Below, one piece after another: positions 36,976-45,263 of a DNA stretch of 64,000 nucleotides. A model generated the notes under the pieces. The model was given only the letters and a program-made list of their open reading frames with translations, did not search any database and was not told the DNA's origin. This DNA is from a virus. The translations under genes were made by a program, and so were the position numbers. Each line of letters opens with the position of its first letter. The stretch's first letter is position 1. Location: IMG/VR virus record IMGVR_UViG_3300030329_005658, positions 1-64,000 of that record; one strand, written 5' to 3'.

Positions 36976-38868
36976 ATGGCTAAAAAATACAGAAAGGGTA
37001 ATAACCCATACAATGAAGCAAGTGGATTATTTAAATCGCTAACAAGGCTGTTTTCAGGCCCGATAGTCAACCGCAGAACGCAAACAGGCAGACAATTAAG
37101 ACGGAGGCATTTAGATATATACGCTAATCGCTTTAAGTCTGCGACGGGCAAACAGTTTAAGAAAACAGAATATAATCCCATGAACGTTCTCACGGTCAAC
37201 ATGATCTCCAATCGTAATAGGTCAGAGCGTTATGTTGATTTCGATCAAATGGAGTACGAACCGATTATTGCTTCGGCTCTTGATATATACGCTGATGAGA
37301 TGACAACATATTCAGGCCTAAATCCGATGCTTCGGATCAAGTGCCCGAATGATGAGATTAAATCAATTCTAGATTCATTGTACTTTAATGTTCTCAATAT
37401 CAACCATAACTTGTTCGGATGGTCTAGAACAATGTGTAAATATGGTGATTTGTTTTTATATCTTGATATTGATGAGAAGGTTGGGATTAAGAGTGTTATT
37501 GGGTTGCCCCAACATGAAGTCGAAAGACTTGAAGGAGAGGACGAGAGCAATCCAAATTATGTCCAATACCAGTGGAATAGCGCCGGCCTGACATTAGAAA
37601 ACTGGCAGGTGGCCCATTTCCGAGTATTGGGGAACGACAAGCATGTGCCTTATGGCACATCTGTCCTTGAGCCTGCTCGTCGTATTTGGAGGCAACTGAC
37701 GCTTCTTGAGGACGCAATGATGGCCTATCGCATTGTTAGATCACCAGAGCGACGAGTATTTAAGATTGATGTTGGAAATATTGCCCCTCAAGATGTAGAG
37801 CAGTATATGCAAAAGGTCATGACTCAGATGAAACGTCACCAGGTTGTTGACCCTAAAAGCGGCCGCGTGGACTTGAGATACAATCCGCTGTCTGTAGAAG
37901 AAGATTATTTTATTCCTGTTCGTGGTGGGTCTGCGTCGGAAATTACAAACTTGCCGGGTGGACAATTTACTGGAACGGTTGAGGATGTTAAATACCTTAA
38001 GGATAAGCTCTTTGCAGCGATTAAGATTCCTCAGGCCTATCTCACAATGGGCGAGGGTGCGATGGAAGATAAGACCACATTGGCCCAAAAGGACATCCGC
38101 TTCTCAAGAACCATTCAGAGGCTACAACGAGTTGTAATTTCAGAGCTTGAGAAAATTGGTATTATTCACCTGTTTACACTTGGGTTTAGAAGCGATGATC
38201 TTCTTTCGTTTTCTCTTCATCTTAACAATCCATCAAAAATAGCAGAATTACAAGAGCTTGAGCATTGGAAAACAAAGTTTGAAGCCGCCGGAGCAGCCAC
38301 AGAAGGATACTTCTCTAAGCGCTGGGTAGCGGAGCATATGCTTGGCATCTCAGAAGAAGAGTTTATTCGAAACCAGAGAGAGATGTTTCATGATATGAAA
38401 TTTGCTACCCAACTTCAAGGAGGGGAAGCAGAAGCCGCCGGTGGTGATTTGGGAGATCTTGGAGGCGGAGACTTGGGAGGTGGTCTTGGCGATCTTGGCG
38501 GTCTGGCCGGAGAAGACGCATCCCCTGAAGCAGAGCCACCAGCAGACGAAGAGGAGGATATTTTATTAGCAGAGCCCCCAGCAAAACGAGATGATGCCCC
38601 TCAGTATAAGCGAGGCAAATACAAAAGGCACAAGAGTACTTATAATAAAGGCGGCAGAAAAAAGAATATTAAGAATCAAGCAACGGGCGAGTATGGCAAT
38701 ACTAATAGAAGTATGTGGATGGGAGCGTCTGAATTAAGACAGTTATCAAAAGGAATCACTGAATCTCACCAACTTGAAGAAAATAAACTATTTAATACAA
38801 AACATGAAGTAAGCAAGTTGCTTTATGGCTTGCTAAAAAAGGAGAATAAAGATCATGAAACACAATAA
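36976..38868 (+). CDS. Portal protein (T4 gp20-like)
   Basis: ALDIYADE, CKYGD.F, YGTSVLE.ARRIWRQL.LLEDAMMAYRIVRSPERRVFKIDVGN, EDYFIPVRG. Confidence 0.96.
   Translation: MAKKYRKGNNPYNEASGLFKSLTRLFSGPIVNRRTQTGRQLRRRHLDIYANRFKSATGKQFKKTEYNPMNVLTVNMISNRNRSERYVDFDQMEYEPIIASALDIYADEMTTYSGLNPMLRIKCPNDEIKSILDSLYFNVLNINHNLFGWSRTMCKYGDLFLYLDIDEKVGIKSVIGLPQHEVERLEGEDESNPNYVQYQWNSAGLTLENWQVAHFRVLGNDKHVPYGTSVLEPARRIWRQLTLLEDAMMAYRIVRSPERRVFKIDVGNIAPQDVEQYMQKVMTQMKRHQVVDPKSGRVDLRYNPLSVEEDYFIPVRGGSASEITNLPGGQFTGTVEDVKYLKDKLFAAIKIPQAYLTMGEGAMEDKTTLAQKDIRFSRTIQRLQRVVISELEKIGIIHLFTLGFRSDDLLSFSLHLNNPSKIAELQELEHWKTKFEAAGAATEGYFSKRWVAEHMLGISEEEFIRNQREMFHDMKFATQLQGGEAEAAGGDLGDLGGGDLGGGLGDLGGLAGEDASPEAEPPADEEEDILLAEPPAKRDDAPQYKRGKYKRHKSTYNKGGRKKNIKNQATGEYGNTNRSMWMGASELRQLSKGITESHQLEENKLFNTKHEVSKLLYGLLKKENKDHETQ
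38787..38794 (+). promoter_or_regulatory. Putative late promoter motif ACTATTTA inside the portal 3' end
   Basis: 60 nt upstream of the ATG at 38855. Confidence 0.45.
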
Positions 38869-39670
38869 GAAAAGAAATACCGCTTTTCTTTATGAATGCC
38901 TTGTAAAGGAATTGACAAAAGCAATTGTTAGAAAGGAGAGTAAAAGGAAAAATAAAATCATTAATATTTTAAAAGATAATTTTAAAAAAGGGTCTGCGCT
39001 TAAAGCAGAGCTTGATGTTTATAAATCGATTACTGAGTGTAAAAAACTTTCAAAGGACTTTGCGAGGCGACTCCTTGTGGAAACTAAAAAAGATTTTGAC
39101 TCTATTGATAAGAGAAGGGTCTTCAACGAGCAGACTAATCTCATTAAGCAGATTAATGAATCTCTATCGAATAACGTATTCGCCAATTTTATTTCAAATT
39201 ATAAAAACATTGCTTCTGTCGGGCAATATTTTCAATCCAATGACCTTAAAGCCAAGAGTCGTCTTTTGGTCGAGACAAGAGTTATGAATTTGCTGACCTC
39301 CGAAAAGAAACCAGAAGAGAAAATGCGGCATATTGATAATTTAACCTATAAGACCTTCACTGATAAATTTAACAAGACGTATAATAAGTCTCTAAGACAA
39401 GAGCAGAAAGATTTGTTGATGAATTATATTGTTTCATTTTCTGACAACGGGTTGGCCCTTAAATCGTTCTTAAACGAGGAAATTTTGCGTCTTAAAAATA
39501 CCCTTAGGGAACATACCAAAAAAGAAAAAATCGCTAAAAATAAGGCCTTTTTGGCGAAAACAGAGCAAGTTTTAAACAAGCTTGAAAGTTTCAAGGGTAT
39601 TCCAATCTCTGAGGAGATGGTCAAGGATGTGTTCTATATCCAAGATCTTGTTTTGGAGGTGGAAAAATAA
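38855..39670 (+). CDS. Head-morphogenesis-region protein (MKHNKKRNT type)
   Basis: AAGGAG upstream; helical 271-aa ORF directly after the portal. Confidence 0.6.
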   Translation: MKHNKKRNTAFLYECLVKELTKAIVRKESKRKNKIINILKDNFKKGSALKAELDVYKSITECKKLSKDFARRLLVETKKDFDSIDKRRVFNEQTNLIKQINESLSNNVFANFISNYKNIASVGQYFQSNDLKAKSRLLVETRVMNLLTSEKKPEEKMRHIDNLTYKTFTDKFNKTYNKSLRQEQKDLLMNYIVSFSDNGLALKSFLNEEILRLKNTLREHTKKEKIAKNKAFLAKTEQVLNKLESFKGIPISEEMVKDVFYIQDLVLEVEK

Positions 39671-40257
39671 TGGCAATCAAAGTTAAAGTTGAGCAGCCTC
39701 AGTTGCCCCCAATTAAAGTTAAACTAACAGAGCCAATCAAAGTTAAGGTCACAGACCCGAGCAAACGTGTTGTTGAATTTAAACTGATGCTCCGCAGGGC
39801 TCTTAACGGTGACCTCATGATTTTTGATCATTCAGATATTGATATCGTTATAATGCCTGAAAAAAAGAAAATCATTGCTTTTGCCAAAGACCTTATGACT
39901 GAATCTGTTTACGGCGCTGAAAATCGACTCTTGGAGCATTTAAAAAGAAAGGGCATTATAGCTATTGACTCAATCCAGGGTGGTAACGTATACGGCTCTC
40001 TTGAGGCGCAAATTCATGAATCCAATGAGCTTGACCCGATTAAAGCAACTCTTTACGAGGTGAGTCAGTGGATGGACCAAGAGCGTCCGTATTTTAAATC
40101 CAGGCAGGCCTTTGATGATATGATGGATGATCACCTCGTAGATCCAAGCGACGAAGAATCGACAGAGTTGGGTGAGGTTCCCCATGAAGAGCAAAAGGGA
40201 TCAATTTTGCAACGTGGATTGTTTGCGCCCTATTTATATGGTAAATACACATACTAA
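39670..40257 (+). CDS. Hypothetical protein
   Basis: GGAGGT RBS; N-terminal IKVKV repeats; acidic C-terminus with STELGEVP. Confidence 0.6.
   Translation: MAIKVKVEQPQLPPIKVKLTEPIKVKVTDPSKRVVEFKLMLRRALNGDLMIFDHSDIDIVIMPEKKKIIAFAKDLMTESVYGAENRLLEHLKRKGIIAIDSIQGGNVYGSLEAQIHESNELDPIKATLYEVSQWMDQERPYFKSRQAFDDMMDDHLVDPSDEESTELGEVPHEEQKGSILQRGLFAPYLYGKYTY
40230..40236 (+). promoter_or_regulatory. Putative late promoter motif CTATTTA
   Basis: 35 nt before the ATG at 40272. Confidence 0.5.
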
Positions 40258-40271
40258 AGGAGATTATTATC

Positions 40272-41111
40272 ATGAAATTAACAAATAAGATGTTAGAACG
40301 ATATATTAGAGAGGAAATTCAAAAAGAAGGATTTTTTGGAGATATTGTTTCAAAAGGCAAAAAAATGATTGGCATGGGAGGCTTAGGTCTTGAACAAGAA
40401 TTGGATAGATTGGAGACTAACTTGCAAAAATTAATTGATGCATCACCGGGGCTAAAGATGATTAACTGGGGCTTTTTAAACGTGGTTCCTATTGATAGTC
40501 GTATCGCCAAAAGATTTGGGACTGTTCATGGCGGTGATGAAGGTCAAATTTTAAGATATATTAAATCTAGAGGCAGTGGGTCTAATTGGAAAAGAACAAT
40601 GTCTGTTCCTGGGGCGGCTCAAAATAATATGTATAGATTGGCTCAATATTTAGCACATGGCACACAATCAGGCGCAATGAGTGGGTATTCTGGGGAAGGG
40701 CAATCTGGAAAAGATATCTCAAAAGTGATGAATAAGTTTAGAAGCAAACACGCAGAAAAATTTGGTTTAAGAAATTACTACAACCTATCATATATGACAG
40801 GTATGGCCATAGAACACATTAAGGCGCATATTTCTAAATTAGAGGCAAACGAAATGGGACACGGGCAGGCCGTAAAAGATGCACTTTCAGAAATGAATGA
40901 AAAAATAGAGAAATTAATTAAAAATTTAGCTATGTATTTGAAAAAATTAGCCTCTTATATTGGCACTAGATTGGGAGCAGCGAAAGCATCGAGACAACAA
41001 GGGACACCCATAGAGCCAGTTTACGGCTTAGGGAAAACTGTTCCATATGGGGCTGCTGCTCAAGCCAAGGAGTGGGCTGAAAAAACCTCTGGTATATTGG
41101 GAATATCTTAA
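40272..41111 (+). CDS. Putative internal head protein (MKLT..L...I.EE leader)
   Basis: AAGGAG RBS; N-terminus MKLTNKMLERYIREEIQKE. Confidence 0.5.
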   Translation: MKLTNKMLERYIREEIQKEGFFGDIVSKGKKMIGMGGLGLEQELDRLETNLQKLIDASPGLKMINWGFLNVVPIDSRIAKRFGTVHGGDEGQILRYIKSRGSGSNWKRTMSVPGAAQNNMYRLAQYLAHGTQSGAMSGYSGEGQSGKDISKVMNKFRSKHAEKFGLRNYYNLSYMTGMAIEHIKAHISKLEANEMGHGQAVKDALSEMNEKIEKLIKNLAMYLKKLASYIGTRLGAAKASRQQGTPIEPVYGLGKTVPYGAAAQAKEWAEKTSGILGIS

Positions 41112-41129
41112 TAAACAATAGGAAGATTA

Positions 41130-41450
41130 ATGAATTTACTTTACTTTATTCTAGCCTCGTATGGCATGACCTTTATTCTGGTATACGGCAAGATATTTGA
41201 AGATGTAAGGCCCAAAAAGGACTATACAAAAAAGTGGAATACCTTATGGCATTGTCCTCTTTGTTTGGGATTCTGGGTCGGATGTTTCTTATTTTTGATA
41301 AATGGTTTCACCGAACTATTTACTTTCGAGTATTCAATCGCAAACTTTTTTATTTGTGGTTGTATCTCAGCCGGGTCATCTTATTTCCTATCAATGATAG
41401 TAAAAGACGAAGGCATCAATGTTAACCATATAGGAGTTGGTCATGACTAA
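41130..41450 (+). CDS. Membrane protein, DUF1360-like
   Basis: Three hydrophobic segments and a CPLCLGFW motif. Confidence 0.6.
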   Translation: MNLLYFILASYGMTFILVYGKIFEDVRPKKDYTKKWNTLWHCPLCLGFWVGCFLFLINGFTELFTFEYSIANFFICGCISAGSSYFLSMIVKDEGINVNHIGVGHD

Positions 41451-41496
41451 GAAATGGATGCTTCAACCAGTGAGACGTTGCTGTAGCGGAAGCTGA
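41443..41496 (+). CDS. 17-aa micropeptide MTKKWMLQPVRRCCSGS
   Basis: AGGAG at 41432-41436, ATG at 41443, and the stop is followed directly by a terminator. Confidence 0.5.
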   Translation: MTKKWMLQPVRRCCSGS

Positions 41497-41499
41497 ATC

Positions 41500-41527
41500 G
41501 TGGGGGTTGCGCCCCCCACATTTTTTT
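41500..41527 (+). terminator. Intrinsic terminator
   Basis: GTGGGGG-TTGCGC-CCCCCAC followed by A and T7. Confidence 0.8.
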
Positions 41528-41541
41528 AAGGAATTATTAAA

Positions 41542-42021
41542 GTGAAATTAACTAAGAAATTATTGGAACAATATATTAGAAAAGCGATGAAAGAGTCTAG
41601 GTGGGATCGGAGAGGCTACAGCCAATCCGCGGAAAGAAGACGTGAAATGAATATTGGCACTGGGGCAAGCCCCGGACCACAATCCGATTGGTATGTTGAC
41701 GATAATTATGAGCCACCACCTGCGCCCATCTACAAATCTCATATTGAGAGAGCGCAGAGAATTGCGGCTGGAAATAAAATGACAGTGCAATTGATGGTCG
41801 ATCAGTGTATAGAGTTAGCTCCCACAGTGCAAGACGAAGATCGTGAGCCAACGATAGAGCATATCGCTGCCGAGGTTGCTGCTAAAATATCATCACAAAG
41901 GCGCTATACGATAACAAAAGAAGACCTTCTAACACCCACTCATCGCCGAACAATCGGAAATTTGCTGGATGCGGCCATTAAGGATCACCGAGGTATACCT
42001 TTAGAGCCGAGGAAGACCTAA
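41542..42021 (+). CDS. Putative internal head protein (MKLTKKLLEQYIRKAMKE leader)
   Basis: GTG start; shares its N-terminal motif with 40272. Confidence 0.5.
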   Translation: MKLTKKLLEQYIRKAMKESRWDRRGYSQSAERRREMNIGTGASPGPQSDWYVDDNYEPPPAPIYKSHIERAQRIAAGNKMTVQLMVDQCIELAPTVQDEDREPTIEHIAAEVAAKISSQRRYTITKEDLLTPTHRRTIGNLLDAAIKDHRGIPLEPRKT

Positions 42022-42022
42022 C

Positions 42023-42646
42023 ATGCCAAAGCAATTACTAACAGAATTTTATGAATTATGTAAAGACGGGGTCTGCCAAGACCTCCTAACCGAGAGAGAA
42101 AAAAGAGAGGTGCAAAATGGCGCACTTTACCTTTCCGGACGAATGCAGACCTGTGAGATGAAGAACGGAAACGGAAGAATTTATCCTTGCGATGTTCTCA
42201 GAAAGGAAATACAAAATTACCAAACTGTCATCAAAGACAACAGGGCACTCGGAGAATTAGACCACCCAGACGACTCTGTTATTAATTTAAGAAATGTGTC
42301 TCATGTTGTAACCGACATGTGGTGGGAAGGTAAGGATGTCATGGGCAAGATTAAGATTCTTGACACCCCTTCCGGTAAAATTTTGAAAGGCCTCATTCAT
42401 TCTGGAATCAAACTTGGGATATCCAGTAGAGGGTTGGGCTCGGTTAAGGAGTCAGCCCAAGGCACGATTGTCCAAGAGGACTTCGAGCTAATTTGTTTTG
42501 ATATTGTATCCGAGCCTTCAACTCCAAATGCTTATATTTATCCCGACGGACAATCGGAAAAAACATTTAAAGTATATGAGAACAAAATAAATCAGAAAAG
42601 TGATCTAATTATAAACGATTTATTTAATAAAATTTTGAGAGACTAA
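42023..42646 (+). CDS. Prohead core protease (T4 gp21-like)
   Basis: KNGNGRIYP, ALGELDHP, LGISSRGLGS, CFDIVSEPSTPNA. Confidence 0.95.
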   Translation: MPKQLLTEFYELCKDGVCQDLLTEREKREVQNGALYLSGRMQTCEMKNGNGRIYPCDVLRKEIQNYQTVIKDNRALGELDHPDDSVINLRNVSHVVTDMWWEGKDVMGKIKILDTPSGKILKGLIHSGIKLGISSRGLGSVKESAQGTIVQEDFELICFDIVSEPSTPNAYIYPDGQSEKTFKVYENKINQKSDLIINDLFNKILRD

Positions 42647-43053
42647 TGGACAAAAAACAACTTAAAAGGGTTTTAAGACCCTTGATCAAAGAATGTATTA
42701 GGGAGGTTTTGTTTGAAGAGAAAGGCGCCCTATCTCACATTATAAACGAAGTCGCCACTGGGCTTGGCACCACAACAAAACAAGTCGTCAAGGAAGCTGC
42801 CCCTCCGCCACCGAAACAGAATAATACAGAAAGCTTAAGAGAGCACAAGAAAAAACTTCTTAATGCTATAGGGGCCGACGCTTACAGAGGCATTAACATC
42901 TTCGAGGGAACAACTCCGATGGATAACCCTGGTGGCCCTTCTGCGGCAGGGGCGCTATCTGATGTCGCCCCAAATGATCCGGGGGTAGATATTTCAAATT
43001 TGTTTGGCAACAAGTCTTCTGCCATATTTAATAAAATGATGGAGAAGAAATAA
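42646..43053 (+). CDS. Hypothetical head-region protein
   Basis: LKRVLRPLIKECIREVLFEE N-terminus; NIFEGT and DPGVDIS motifs. Confidence 0.55.
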   Translation: MDKKQLKRVLRPLIKECIREVLFEEKGALSHIINEVATGLGTTTKQVVKEAAPPPPKQNNTESLREHKKKLLNAIGADAYRGINIFEGTTPMDNPGGPSAAGALSDVAPNDPGVDISNLFGNKSSAIFNKMMEKK

Positions 43054-43259
43054 TGGCAACAAATTATATAGTTTATCCAAGACGGAATGAGAGTCCTGAG
43101 CGCCTGATCAAGCGATTCGGAAAAAAGGTCAAGAAACTTGGCATTATTGATGATTATAGAGAAAAGCAAAGATATATGAAACCTTCTGAGAAAAGAAGAC
43201 GTGCTAAAAAACGATCTGATAGAAGAAGGGCAAAAGAATTAGCAAAACAAAAAAGATAA
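43053..43259 (+). CDS. rpsU: Ribosomal protein bS21
   Basis: 68 aa, basic; NES.ERLIKRF.KKV.K.GII...R....Y.KPSEKRRR. Confidence 0.88.
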   Translation: MATNYIVYPRRNESPERLIKRFGKKVKKLGIIDDYREKQRYMKPSEKRRRAKKRSDRRRAKELAKQKR

Positions 43260-43266
43260 CTATTTA
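43259..43266 (+). promoter_or_regulatory. Putative late promoter motif ACTATTTA
   Basis: Intergenic, 21 nt before the ATG at 43288. Confidence 0.6.
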
Positions 43267-43287
43267 TAGGAAGTTGGAGATTTTATT

Positions 43288-43686
43288 ATGTCAAATTATG
43301 TAGCACAAAGCTGGGGGAGAACAAGAAGCCCTAAAAATATAGCTGGTAAACAAGGCACGGCGGCAACAGTTATTGACCACGGTGCATCGTTTAGTGGAAT
43401 AACGGCGACTGATGGAACTGCTGGGTATGTAACTGAAAACCAAAGATATCTTCATGTGACTGTGGATGTTGGTGGCGGAAATCCCGGAAGGGATATAGAG
43501 GTTGCGGTTTATAATCATGCGTCTGGCCAGTGGGCGGAATTTACTGTGATAGACTGTGATGCGATTACTGTTAATACCACATATGTGATAGAGATTTATG
43601 GCGCTGATAGAGTTGGATTAAAACGAGCCGGGGGTACTTGGACAAATGCGCCAACTGCTGTTTACGCTGCTTGTAGTACTTTTTAA
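43288..43686 (+). CDS. Putative virion protein
   Basis: Beta-rich 132-aa ORF behind the late motif and a GGAG RBS. Confidence 0.5.
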   Translation: MSNYVAQSWGRTRSPKNIAGKQGTAATVIDHGASFSGITATDGTAGYVTENQRYLHVTVDVGGGNPGRDIEVAVYNHASGQWAEFTVIDCDAITVNTTYVIEIYGADRVGLKRAGGTWTNAPTAVYAACSTF

Positions 43687-43698
43687 CGGAATTATATA

Positions 43699-44307
43699 AT
43701 GGGTGAATTTGGATGGGCATATTTAAATGATGTAATAACTGGGCAAGGCCCTGAAGGCGCCTTACAGTACGTCTCTGGTACTTCTGGGATGATTTCTGGG
43801 AGCAATAAGTTTGTATATAATAATGCCAGCAGCACACTGTCGTTAACAGGCAGCATGATTATCAGCGGCACGCTTCAAGCCCACACATTTGATGTTGTTC
43901 ATACCAACAAGATTGAGCTTAACTCCAGTGGGAGTACCAATTTTGGCAACGATTCATCGGATACACATGTCTTTACTGGTTCGGTTTCTATTGTTTCTGG
44001 AGGGGTCAAGCAAGCTTATCACAAGCTAGTCGCTTCTTCCTATACTGTAACAACAGCCAATTCTATAATAGGTGTTAGTTCAAGTGCCTACGTATCCATC
44101 CAATTGCCATCGGCTTCTGTTGTCGGTGCTGGTCATACTTTAATCATTAAAGATGAGTATAATGCTACAAGAGTCACAGCTACTCAAATAGTAGTATCAG
44201 CCTCTGGTGGGAATACAATAGACCATGCAACTACTTATAGTATAACTGGGGATAGCGCAGCCCTCACCCTTTATAGTGATGGCACGACGAATTGGTTTAT
44301 TTACTAA
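43699..44307 (+). CDS. Fibre/decoration protein (shared C-terminal domain family)
   Basis: SGSTNFGNDSSDTHVFTGS; C-terminus LP....G..LIIKDE...TID....LYSDG..NWFIY. Confidence 0.6.
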   Translation: MGEFGWAYLNDVITGQGPEGALQYVSGTSGMISGSNKFVYNNASSTLSLTGSMIISGTLQAHTFDVVHTNKIELNSSGSTNFGNDSSDTHVFTGSVSIVSGGVKQAYHKLVASSYTVTTANSIIGVSSSAYVSIQLPSASVVGAGHTLIIKDEYNATRVTATQIVVSASGGNTIDHATTYSITGDSAALTLYSDGTTNWFIY

Positions 44308-44322
44308 AGGGAGGCTTGATGA

Positions 44323-45177
44323 ATGGGTTACAACGTATTAAGCGGAAGTACCTCTGCAATCGGTGTAATTTCTAGTGGGTCCTTTATTGGTGACGGCTCT
44401 GGGCTTGAGAATGTAAAGCAGTTTGAATTATATAATGCTGGTGATACTAGAATACCATTTTATAAAGTAGTAAATGCCGAATATACCCTGGATGCTGATT
44501 CTGTTTTTACGTATAATACGTCTACCGATACAGTTAATATCCCACATCTAAATGCCTCCAAGGGAATAACGGGATCAGCAGGCATGATCATGTCTGGTAA
44601 CATTGTTCTGACAGGGTCTTTTTTACCAGGGCAAAGCAATGTATATGACTTAGGATCACCCAGTAAGCAGTGGAAGTCTTTATATGTTTCAAGCAGTACA
44701 ATTTACTTTGGGGGAGAAGCGCTTAGTGTTAAAGACGGCAGCATGAAATTCGGTTCCGGTAGCGCCACAAAGGGTTTCCATGTTGGGCACATGCATCTTC
44801 TTGATCGCGGCATTGTTATGGACCCCAATAGGGTATTTCAAATGAAGGCCTTTCAAATGCAGTTTCACGGAGGCCTTGCTTATAAAAGAAATGTTGTTTC
44901 TTGGGATTATCAAGTGCTGAAAACAGATTATATGATAGGCATTCAGAGCAACACACTAACAGCCTCAGTCAGATTAACTTTGCCTGATGCGAGTATTTGT
45001 GTACCAGGACAGACATTTATTTTTAAGGATGAGGGTGGAAATTGTCATACCCACAATATTGTAATAAGTACGTCAAACGGCGACCAAATTGATGGAAACA
45101 CTGTTATTACATTAGAAAGTCCATACTCTTCTGTTAATATTTACACAAACGGAATTAATAAGTACTTTATCTACTGA
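44323..45177 (+). CDS. Fibre/decoration protein (shared C-terminal domain family)
   Basis: YDLGS..KQW.SLY; C-terminus LP....GQ.FIFKDE.G...IDG....LESPYSSVNIY.NG..KYFIY. Confidence 0.6.
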   Translation: MGYNVLSGSTSAIGVISSGSFIGDGSGLENVKQFELYNAGDTRIPFYKVVNAEYTLDADSVFTYNTSTDTVNIPHLNASKGITGSAGMIMSGNIVLTGSFLPGQSNVYDLGSPSKQWKSLYVSSSTIYFGGEALSVKDGSMKFGSGSATKGFHVGHMHLLDRGIVMDPNRVFQMKAFQMQFHGGLAYKRNVVSWDYQVLKTDYMIGIQSNTLTASVRLTLPDASICVPGQTFIFKDEGGNCHTHNIVISTSNGDQIDGNTVITLESPYSSVNIYTNGINKYFIY

Positions 45178-45207
45178 TCAGAAGTGTTTCTGTTGGGTAA
45201 TATTAGC

Positions 45208-45236
45208 CTATTTATAATCGAAGGCCTGCGGGCCTT
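45208..45236 (+). promoter_or_regulatory. Late motif CTATTTA followed by a 5'-UTR hairpin
   Basis: CTATTTA at 45208-45214; AAGGCC-TGCG-GGCCTT at 45221-45236. Confidence 0.6.
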
Positions 45237-45263
45237 TTAGTCTATATTTTGGAGGATTATAAT

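Noticed and set aside
38420-38570. GGDLG low-complexity repeats in the portal C-terminus
   Set aside because: An ordinary disordered acidic tail with no sign of a separate element.
35386-38868. Introns or inteins in terminase or portal
   Set aside because: Both ORFs are uninterrupted, of normal length, and lack intein splice motifs.
41494-41520. Selenocysteine readthrough (TGA followed by a hairpin)
   Set aside because: The hairpin is followed by a T7 tract typical of a terminator, and the frame closes soon afterwards.
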